A stretch of 64,000 nt of DNA from Escherichia phage phiWec181. Of the stretch, positions 51,366 to 58,246 are shown piece after piece. Numbering within the stretch: position 1 is the first letter of the stretch; each line of letters begins with the position of its first letter. The stretch lies in sequence record LC739534.1; one strand, given 5' to 3'. The notes below the pieces were generated by a model, which was given only the letters and a program-made list of their open reading frames with translations, searched no databases and was not told the origin of the DNA. Made by a program: the position numbers and the translations under genes.

Positions 51366-51394
51366 ATACTACGCTACCAGGTGCGGAACGTCAA
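51366..51394 (-). promoter_or_regulatory. sigma70-type promoter with long GC-rich leader
   Basis: Minus strand TTGACG, 17-nt spacer, TAGTAT; ~130-nt leader before CDS 51033..51230. Confidence 0.45.
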
Positions 51395-51504
51395 CGACTT
51401 TTTCAATCTTTTTTATTTTCTTTTTGCTTGCTATATATAAAGGAAAGGGCTATCATCTTTCTACCGCGCCAACCAGGGCGCACAACAGAAGAAAGGGCGA
51501 CACC

Positions 51505-51771
51505 ATGACAACTACTACATTACACCTTATGCACTCGTTAGGCTGGCAAGGCGGCACGGTCCACCAGGTAGCAAGCGCAACGGGCTTAAAGGTTGAAACA
51601 GTTCTCAACCTGGGCGATCATAAAGTGGAAGAGATAGACCATTTTGATCCGTTCGCTGATGGTTATCTCTGGGCTTGCAGTGGCGGCGGGGAAAGCAAGA
51701 TACCGCCAGCCGCGCGGGGCGATATGCATTTTTGGTTAGGTGTTCTCTCCTGGCAAGAAAACAAAAAATAA
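51505..51771 (+). CDS. hypothetical protein (88 aa) in GC-rich island, opposite strand to neighbours
   Basis: ATG 51505 preceded by GAAGAAAGGG; codon composition visibly more GC-rich than surrounding genes. Confidence 0.35.
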   Translation: MTTTTLHLMHSLGWQGGTVHQVASATGLKVETVLNLGDHKVEEIDHFDPFADGYLWACSGGGESKIPPAARGDMHFWLGVLSWQENKK

Positions 51772-51773
51772 TC

Positions 51774-51802
51774 TTGACAAGCCCAGGGATCGGGCTTATA
51801 CT
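51774..51802 (+). promoter_or_regulatory. near-consensus sigma70 promoter on + strand with no downstream SD-led ORF
   Basis: TTGACA, exactly 17-nt spacer, TATACT; downstream ~150 nt GC-rich with no convincing ORF. Confidence 0.5.
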
Positions 51803-52025
51803 GTTTTACATACAGAAGAGGAAGCGCCACCCCACGGCGTAAAGGCGGGGCTAACATACCAGGGGCACTGGTTGGAAGGTCGATCGCCGGGAGGCTGGGC
51901 GCTATATATTTGTAAAGAAATGTAAAGATAAAATAATCGCTTGCTTTCCTGGCTGGATCTGTTATTCTTATTACATGGCGAGGGGACACGGGAGCGCGAG
52001 ACAATCACCGGACCTGCCCGTCATT

Positions 52026-52140
52026 CTGCAAATGAGAAAAATTCTCATTTGCAAATAAGACTCATTCGCATTTAATAATTGAATGAGAATCATTCTCATT
52101 CTCATTCGTATTTCGATTTTAAGTGAGAATAATTCTCATT
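52026..52140. promoter_or_regulatory. three palindromic operator-like sites (AATGAGAAT-n-ATTCTCATT), Fur-box-like
   Basis: 27-bp perfect palindrome TGCAAATGAGAA-AAA-TTCTCATTTGCA at 52026..52052; further copies at 52082..52100 and 52121..52140. Confidence 0.45.
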
Positions 52141-52152
52141 TCGGTAATTTTC

Positions 52153-52338
52153 ACGTAAACTTTAGAATTTGCTTTTCAACTTTCACTTTTGTAAAAGCAA
52201 AAAAACTTTAAATACCTGGTGCGCGCGACTTTTTAAAAAATTTTTCTCGGTTTTTTGCTTTGAAATCTGGCCCACCAATTTGAGATAGTGTACGTAAACT
52301 TTAGAATTTGGTTTTGGATTCTCACTTTTGTAAACTCG
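52153..52338. repeat. pair of ~46-bp direct repeats in non-coding DNA
   Basis: ACGTAAACTTTAGAATTTG(C/G)TTTT...TTCTCACTTTTGTAAA at 52153..52198 and 52292..52338; TTGAGATAGT also repeated. Confidence 0.45.
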
Positions 52339-52483
52339 TAAAAAGTTTAAATAATTGTAGGGATTTTGAGATAGTTTGCTTGTAAGGTTTGAGATAATCC
52401 TTCCCGAAGATGTTACGCAGCCTACAGCCTACCTGAATGCTCGTCTAACGAGATTAACTCTAAAAGATGAGTGTTGGTGTAGC

Positions 52484-52521
52484 TAAAGAGAAAAGGCTCT
52501 CTACGGTGTTGTAGGAGCCTT
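52484..52521 (-). terminator. rho-independent terminator after NADAR gene
   Basis: AAGGCTC-N15-GAGCCTT hairpin followed by TTTTCTCTTT on minus strand. Confidence 0.45.
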
Positions 52522-52591
52522 ATTTCTGTGGCACAAAGTTGACGTATTCTTTTTAAAAACGAATTTTTTCAAAATATCACGAATATCGCCT

Positions 52592-53119
52592 TTATGGTAT
52601 TTTGGCTGGGAACAGGATTTTAATCAGATTGTTGTGGTATTGTCCTAAAAGATTCTGCCCTTTCCAGTTGGCAGGATTAAGCACCCCTGGTTCGTACATA
52701 CCCATTCCAATTCCGTAAACCTTATCATAAGGACTCGCCTCAACGAACGTTTTGAATTGGTACAGTCGCAAGTCAGAATAAAGATCAGGGTTCTGTGTAT
52801 ACTTCAAGCATAAGCCTCGCATTACGATACGCTCTCGGTACTCTTCCCACATGTCATTATTAAAACCAGACACCGCTCGACCCATGCGCTTGTAGTATGC
52901 CTGTCCCTTCTCGTCGTCACGCTTCATTGAGTGATCAAGGATAGCTGCTGCGATTACCTGATCCTTGAACAGCAAAGCCTTACGCCACATCATGTATTGC
53001 TCTACACAACAGAAAGTTTCATTGTACCCTGGTTCCGTCTCTGTGAATGGTGCAATGTACCAATTGCTAAACACATCTTTATGTGAAAAGAAGAATACAT
53101 ATTCATTAGTTATTCGCAT
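52592..53119 (-). CDS. NADAR-domain protein (YbiA-like, NAD/ADP-ribose processing family)
   Basis: N-terminal FFFSHKDVFSNWY and overall ~175 aa layout resemble NADAR/DUF1768 (YbiA). Confidence 0.65.
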   Translation of the reverse strand: MRITNEYVFFFSHKDVFSNWYIAPFTETEPGYNETFCCVEQYMMWRKALLFKDQVIAAAILDHSMKRDDEKGQAYYKRMGRAVSGFNNDMWEEYRERIVMRGLCLKYTQNPDLYSDLRLYQFKTFVEASPYDKVYGIGMGMYEPGVLNPANWKGQNLLGQYHNNLIKILFPAKIP

Positions 53120-53294
53120 TTTTCATGCCTCTTAAGACTTCAGCTTGCCCGTCTTGAAAAGCTTTCATCAGAACTATCTTAAGATTGACTTCCAAGCGTT
53201 CTTCATCCTCTTTATAACAATCCAACACTGCCTTAAGTTCATCATAGTGGTTCAGAATAGGTTTAAAGATTTCATGATCTGCTAAACGTGCCAT
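53106..53294 (-). CDS. hypothetical protein (62 aa)
   Basis: SD AAAGGAGAAAC upstream of ATG 53294. Confidence 0.45.
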   Translation of the reverse strand: MARLADHEIFKPILNHYDELKAVLDCYKEDEERLEVNLKIVLMKAFQDGQAEVLRGMKNANN

Positions 53295-53307
53295 AGTTTC
53301 TCCTTTG

Positions 53308-53673
53308 TTAGTCCATCCACCAGTAGCCATAAACTGCGTCTGCGTCGATGAGTTTGTGTTTGTTGTTCCGCATGTAGTCTAAGATAAGTAGACGTTTATT
53401 GTATCTGGAGAGATTATGACCCTCTTTTCCGCCATAGTCAAAATATTTTGCAAGACTTTTACACTCAAACAAAATCAGTTCGGGAGTTTCTTCACATTGG
53501 TCTGTCTGGTACACTTGACGGATGATCATGTATACGTCATCGTCTTCCGCTAAGTGCTCTACTGGTCCACACCCAGCAGGAATAAATTCATAGTCCCATC
53601 GAATCAGATGTTTCTCTACTGCTTCAAAGAAATCCATTTTTTCGCTACGCATGATCTGAACATCAATTAACAT
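53308..53673 (-). CDS. hypothetical protein (121 aa)
   Basis: SD CAGGAGGAAAA upstream. Confidence 0.5.
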   Translation of the reverse strand: MLIDVQIMRSEKMDFFEAVEKHLIRWDYEFIPAGCGPVEHLAEDDDVYMIIRQVYQTDQCEETPELILFECKSLAKYFDYGGKEGHNLSRYNKRLLILDYMRNNKHKLIDADAVYGYWWMD

Positions 53674-54679
53674 AATTTTCCTCCTGTCTCATTATTCCAC
53701 CTGCTTGGTTGATAGCACTTAAGACAACAGCCAAATCCTCACGCAGGAAGGTTTCACTATGACCGTCTTTCATGTGCAACGCTTCCACACAGCCGATAGA
53801 CGGTAGGATCTGATCAGTCTTAGATTTTAGCTTACTCTCTAACGCCCTGCAAGCCTGGTAGGACGGCAGATCAAACAATGCTACACGTTGCATAAAGTAG
53901 TTATTATTTGCATTCTGAATCTTCAAACGTATATCACTATCCTTTGCAATCCCCAGCTTGAAAGCTCCCGTATCTTCTCCATACTCATCAAGGATAACGT
54001 TGATGTAAAATTCTTGCTGTGATCTGCCTTTACATTCAGAACAACCATTCCCACTTAGATACTTATTAGGTGTTATCGTTTGTTCTCCGTGCTCACTACA
54101 TAAATATTTAAACTTAGACATGGTTCCCACCTTACCAACGAACCCTATAAACTGGTCCCCTCGTTCCTGGCAAGCTTCAGTCATACGGAAAATCCATTGC
54201 GCAGGAGTGTAACGATGGTTTTTAGAACAACGGCAAGCAAGCAGCCCATCTCTAAGACTGCTCCTCGTTACTTCAAACCTACCGTTACACACGCCAGCCT
54301 TTACATATTCGTCATGAGAACATACGGAACACTTAACTATCCAATAAGCCGCCCATCCTTTACTATCTAATCTATCACTACGATAATACTCACGCGGAAC
54401 GTTATCAGGACACGCTTTGTTAAAGGTTGTGATATGGATTGAATCATCAATTAAACATGTTTGCCTTATTGCTTCCACCCTACAACCTTTACAACCACTT
54501 CCTATTTTAGCATTATCTATAGAAGTTGTTCTCCATTCCCCATGTATAGAACATTCACAGGTTAGTTTAGTGCGTGCCCCCTTCCATTCACCATGCCACC
54601 CCGTAATGGTCCACGGTTTATCCTGGTAAGCTTGTTCTATTTCTTCCTGATATTCCTCCCAACTTTTAGCCCTCATCAT
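53663..54679 (-). CDS. T5orf172-like (GIY-YIG-related) domain protein with N-terminal CxxC zinc-ribbon repeats
   Basis: Repeated CxxC pairs, then C-terminal KLGIAKD...R...KDGHSETF resembling T5orf172; paralog of CDS 58247..59200. Confidence 0.5.
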   Translation of the reverse strand: MMRAKSWEEYQEEIEQAYQDKPWTITGWHGEWKGARTKLTCECSIHGEWRTTSIDNAKIGSGCKGCRVEAIRQTCLIDDSIHITTFNKACPDNVPREYYRSDRLDSKGWAAYWIVKCSVCSHDEYVKAGVCNGRFEVTRSSLRDGLLACRCSKNHRYTPAQWIFRMTEACQERGDQFIGFVGKVGTMSKFKYLCSEHGEQTITPNKYLSGNGCSECKGRSQQEFYINVILDEYGEDTGAFKLGIAKDSDIRLKIQNANNNYFMQRVALFDLPSYQACRALESKLKSKTDQILPSIGCVEALHMKDGHSETFLREDLAVVLSAINQAGGIMRQEENYVN

Positions 54680-54716
54680 CCCCCCTACAACAAATGCCCC
54701 TTGCGGGGCATCTTTA

Positions 54717-55856
54717 TTAGAACACGCTACTTAAGGTTGCAGATCGTGTAGTGGTTGGTTCCAGAACCACACGGAACGTATCCCCAGGTTTATCGCTCAC
54801 TACTACAATCTTACCACCTTCGATCAGGTCACACTTCAAACCTTCGGCAGTAGCTTTCAGGTCGATGCGTGGATCGCCATCATCATCCAGGATAACGTAG
54901 CTGCTATCTTCGAGAGGCTCCAGTTCTTCGTCTTTCACGGCTTCCAGGTAGATGTTCAGTTCACATGCACCAGACAAGAACTTGGTAGGAGTGAACTCAT
55001 GCCAGTTGTTGACCCAGTTAGGCTTGATAGCTTTACCGTTGACAACAATAGAGCTAATCGTCCAGCGTGCATCGTTACCCAGAGAGATACCCATCATCTC
55101 CAGACAGGTCTTGAACGTCATTTTCGGATAGAAGTTTAACTCTTCTACGATCCCTTGAATAACATCGAAAGACAGTTCAGTGCTAACATCCCACAAACGT
55201 TGGAAGCTTTCAACATGTTTGCGATTCTTCAGATTCTTGTCCAGGTAGTCCAGCATAGTTTCAATAGACAGTTTGTCGTAGTTGAAGCTATAGAAGATAC
55301 GGCTCGGACGGTTGACGAAGTATTCCGAGATGTATCCGCTGTTCTTTGTCAGCATGAACAGTTTGTTACCGCTACCTGTGCCATCCAGCAGAGTCAGCAG
55401 TGCTTCCTGATCTTCCTTCTTGGAATACACTTTGTCGAACTCATCGAACAGTACTACTGCGCGTTCAGAGATCTTACTCATGAACTCCAGGAAATTGGCA
55501 TCAGAATATGGCTGCGTTACCAGAATAGTTGGGATTCCCAGGTCTTCCGCTTCCAACAGAGTGTTACTGATCAGTTTTGCCAGCATTGTCTTGCCACTGC
55601 CTTTTGTACCCGACAACAGGACACCTGTGTTCTTACCTTCTTTACTACGACGAGCGAAGGTACGGATAACGTGGGCTGCACGTTCTTTGGTTTCCCCGTA
55701 CAGGCGATCAGGAATCGTGAACTTATCAGCGCGACTAAGAGAATAGTTACCATGTGGATCACAATTGACAGTCCAAACGCCAGCGGGGAGTTTATCAACC
55801 TCTACACCAAAATCTTTATTAACAATTGCAACATCCCCATAAACTGTGTATTTCAT
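54717..55856 (-). CDS. AAA+ family ATPase
   Basis: Walker A GTKGSGKT and Walker B VVLFDEFD; SD AGAGGAGAAAG upstream. Confidence 0.7.
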   Translation of the reverse strand: MKYTVYGDVAIVNKDFGVEVDKLPAGVWTVNCDPHGNYSLSRADKFTIPDRLYGETKERAAHVIRTFARRSKEGKNTGVLLSGTKGSGKTMLAKLISNTLLEAEDLGIPTILVTQPYSDANFLEFMSKISERAVVLFDEFDKVYSKKEDQEALLTLLDGTGSGNKLFMLTKNSGYISEYFVNRPSRIFYSFNYDKLSIETMLDYLDKNLKNRKHVESFQRLWDVSTELSFDVIQGIVEELNFYPKMTFKTCLEMMGISLGNDARWTISSIVVNGKAIKPNWVNNWHEFTPTKFLSGACELNIYLEAVKDEELEPLEDSSYVILDDDGDPRIDLKATAEGLKCDLIEGGKIVVVSDKPGDTFRVVLEPTTTRSATLSSVF

Positions 55857-55879
55857 TTACTTTCTCCTCTTCTGTTGGA

Positions 55880-55916
55880 ATAGACGTATTATCTCTTGTC
55901 TAATACGTCTTGTCAA
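55880..55916 (-). promoter_or_regulatory. sigma70-type promoter overlapped by 10-bp inverted repeat (operator-like)
   Basis: TTGACA, 17 nt, GATAAT; inverted repeat AGACGTATTA / TAATACGTCT spans the spacer and -10. Confidence 0.45.
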
Positions 55917-55924
55917 TACTTGTT

Positions 55925-56284
55925 TTAGATCCCTTCGCCTTTAGTGATGATAGCTTCCATCACCACAGCTTTCTTCTTACGTTGAACATCTTGACGGATC
56001 AGGAGGCTACCACCTTGATCATCCTTATACTGCTTCATGATGATGAAGTTGTTGCCACACACAGCGCCGATAGCCACGTATGGGCGATTAGAATTATCCA
56101 CATCCGCAGATGGGGTTACATCCGTGCAAGTAAAGAACTTGCCATCAGGATCAGTATAAGCAAAGTGGCCTTTAGCAGTTACTGCAACTTCTCCGGTGCT
56201 TGTGGACTGTGCAGCCACAAACGGTGCAGCAGATGCTACGAAACTTGCAGACAGCAGGGCTACAGCTAAAATAATCTTTTTCAT
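55925..56284 (-). CDS. secreted protein (119 aa) with signal peptide
   Basis: MKKIILAVALLSASFVASAAPFVAA signal-like N-terminus; SD AAGAGGAGA upstream. Confidence 0.55.
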   Translation of the reverse strand: MKKIILAVALLSASFVASAAPFVAAQSTSTGEVAVTAKGHFAYTDPDGKFFTCTDVTPSADVDNSNRPYVAIGAVCGNNFIIMKQYKDDQGGSLLIRQDVQRKKKAVVMEAIITKGEGI

Positions 56285-56296
56285 GGTGATCTCCTC

Positions 56297-56458
56297 TTAT
56301 TCCAACAACATACACAATGCAGCTACAACCAAGAACAGAGTAGCCACGCTTAAAGCGATAAACATTCCTAATTGAGAATGAAATTCGCCTATGATAGGTG
56401 CAGACAACGCACTTAGCAAACAACCTGTCAAACTTGCTTTGATAATAAGATCTAACAT
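56297..56458 (-). CDS. small membrane protein (53 aa)
   Basis: Two hydrophobic segments; strong SD TAGGAGGTAAT upstream; not in ORF track. Confidence 0.45.
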   Translation of the reverse strand: MLDLIIKASLTGCLLSALSAPIIGEFHSQLGMFIALSVATLFLVVAALCMLLE

Positions 56459-56466
56459 ATTACCTC

Positions 56467-56718
56467 CTACAATTCCACAATAGTTTTATCTAAGTGGTGT
56501 GCCTCAACTTGAGATAAGGTTAGCACTTCAACCAAACCTCTGTCAATACCTAATTTGATCACTTGCAAATAATCACCGAAAAGATCAGAGATTTCAATCT
56601 GGTGTTCAGTAACCACCACGACCTCGTTACCCTTGGTATACTCTCTCCAGATTCGTCCACACTTATAAATGAAATCTTTCTGGTCTTCACTGATCATCTT
56701 AGGCTTAACGCTTAACAT
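56467..56718 (-). CDS. hypothetical protein (83 aa)
   Basis: SD CGGGAG upstream. Confidence 0.5.
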   Translation of the reverse strand: MLSVKPKMISEDQKDFIYKCGRIWREYTKGNEVVVVTEHQIEISDLFGDYLQVIKLGIDRGLVEVLTLSQVEAHHLDKTIVEL

Positions 56719-57056
56719 TACATACTCCCGTAGTCTGGTTCAATATGGTGTTTACGACAAATAGCATCCCAACGTTCACTACCGAAACCCCGTCCGTGTA
56801 GTGCATCGTATGCGAAATGTTCTGCCAACCACAATACTACACCATCTGGTTCAGTGTCAAGCGGAATTCGAAATTCTCGATCATAACGCATACGGAGAAC
56901 AAACTCATTACCGTCTTCCAGGAGATGCATGTGACTTTTCGCTCGTGATGCCAAGTCAAAGAAAGGTGCCTCGTCTTTCCAAACCTGGCGCTCAACCTCA
57001 ATACCGTGATCAACTACCAGGGTAGCAATCACATCTTTCATTTCTTTACTAAACAT
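56718..57056 (-). CDS. hypothetical protein (112 aa)
   Basis: SD TAGGAGGGAAT upstream of ATG 57056. Confidence 0.5.
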   Translation of the reverse strand: MFSKEMKDVIATLVVDHGIEVERQVWKDEAPFFDLASRAKSHMHLLEDGNEFVLRMRYDREFRIPLDTEPDGVVLWLAEHFAYDALHGRGFGSERWDAICRKHHIEPDYGSM

Positions 57057-57064
57057 ATTCCCTC

Positions 57065-57310
57065 CTAATAATGTTTTAAAGTCCACTCAATACCTGACGG
57101 GTAACTGCCTCGACAAATCTTACCATCGGAATGCCAGTTAATGCTATCAGGGAAAGTATGATTTAGTGTTTTTTCATGAGGAAGCCATTCTGTAGGCTTC
57201 TCTCCACCATTGATCCATACAAAACCTTCGTCTTCCAGTAAACCTAAAGCAAACTCCATCTCTTCTGCATCGTGAACCGTTACTTTCTGACCTTTCTGTA
57301 ATTTAATCAT
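57065..57310 (-). CDS. hypothetical protein (81 aa)
   Basis: SD TAAGGGGG upstream. Confidence 0.5.
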   Translation of the reverse strand: MIKLQKGQKVTVHDAEEMEFALGLLEDEGFVWINGGEKPTEWLPHEKTLNHTFPDSINWHSDGKICRGSYPSGIEWTLKHY

Positions 57311-57319
57311 ATTACCCCC

Positions 57320-57493
57320 TTAACCAATTAGTTGGACTGCCTTGCAGATGTAAATCCAAACAGGACTAAGCATAAGTGCTACAATACTGGGGTAAATCCC
57401 TTTTGGCTCTATCTCAATTATTGATAAGATTAAGGTGACAGCACTGATAAACATATAAGCTCCCAAGAAAGCCAGCGTCAAGAATTCAGACAT
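57320..57493 (-). CDS. small membrane protein (57 aa)
   Basis: Two hydrophobic helices; SD GTGGAG upstream of ATG 57493. Confidence 0.45.
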   Translation of the reverse strand: MSEFLTLAFLGAYMFISAVTLILSIIEIEPKGIYPSIVALMLSPVWIYICKAVQLIG

Positions 57494-57495
57494 AA

Positions 57496-57828
57496 TTAGC
57501 TCCACAAGTTATGAAAATATTCAGCAAACAGGCAACGACCTTCGATTTTATCCGTTTTGGTCATAACGGATTCAGGTTTAAAACCTTCAATCATTTGATC
57601 AATAATGGATAACCACTCCACTGTAGCTTCCCGCTCCTGCTCTTCTGTTAGTTTACGGTAATCTGACACATATTTAGCCCAAATCTTAGATGGGATAAGG
57701 ATATCCCCTCGTTCCACAATACGTGCCTTGAACGCGTACAGTCCAGCACAGATAATCGCGGAGAACGTATCATCCAGGTCTTGCAGATCTTCTACGCCAA
57801 ATTGTAATTCATCATGGATAATTTTCAT
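57496..57828 (-). CDS. hypothetical protein (110 aa)
   Basis: SD CGGGGAGAAAC upstream. Confidence 0.5.
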   Translation of the reverse strand: MKIIHDELQFGVEDLQDLDDTFSAIICAGLYAFKARIVERGDILIPSKIWAKYVSDYRKLTEEQEREATVEWLSIIDQMIEGFKPESVMTKTDKIEGRCLFAEYFHNLWS

Positions 57829-58112
57829 TTTGTTTCTCCCCGCTCTGCGTCTAATTTCAATAAGAAGGCTGCATACTCTTCCGAACCTTTGTGTAAGAAC
57901 ATACGATAAGAACTCACCAGTTTCTTCGTTGTTGTATAACGCTCCATTCCGCCGACAACCCCTGTACCGAGAGTGTAGAGAACAACACCTTCAACCCCAA
58001 CATGGGTTACGACTTCAACCATGTCCGTGTTATCCCAGTGATATTTAGGGGATACAATAAGATCGCCAACTGCTAATTTGATGTTTGCCGCTTCGTCTTG
58101 TGAATAGTACAT
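57825..58112 (-). CDS. hypothetical protein (95 aa)
   Basis: SD GAGAGGAGAA upstream. Confidence 0.5.
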   Translation of the reverse strand: MYYSQDEAANIKLAVGDLIVSPKYHWDNTDMVEVVTHVGVEGVVLYTLGTGVVGGMERYTTTKKLVSSYRMFLHKGSEEYAAFLLKLDAERGETK

Positions 58113-58157
58113 TTTGTTCTCCTCTCACATTAGGACACGTTTTGTGTCGATGGGTGT

Positions 58158-58186
58158 AGATTACGTGAGCACAAAGGGGTTGTCAA
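58158..58186 (-). promoter_or_regulatory. sigma70-type promoter
   Basis: Minus strand TTGACA, 17 nt, TAATCT upstream of CDS 57825..58112. Confidence 0.45.
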
Positions 58187-58194
58187 CTACTTAT

Positions 58195-58222
58195 TGACAA
58201 AAATTTCTAAACGTTGTAAATT
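58195..58222 (+). promoter_or_regulatory. sigma70-type promoter, divergent from 58158..58186
   Basis: TTGACA, 16 nt, TAAATT upstream of + strand CDS 58247. Confidence 0.45.
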
Positions 58223-58246
58223 AAAAACATCTACAAAGGAGGAAAC

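Noticed and set aside
55155-55883. 242-aa + strand ORF
   Set aside because: Lies entirely antisense within the AAA+ ATPase gene (54717..55856), which has clear Walker motifs; low-complexity Gln/Phe-rich translation and no SD.
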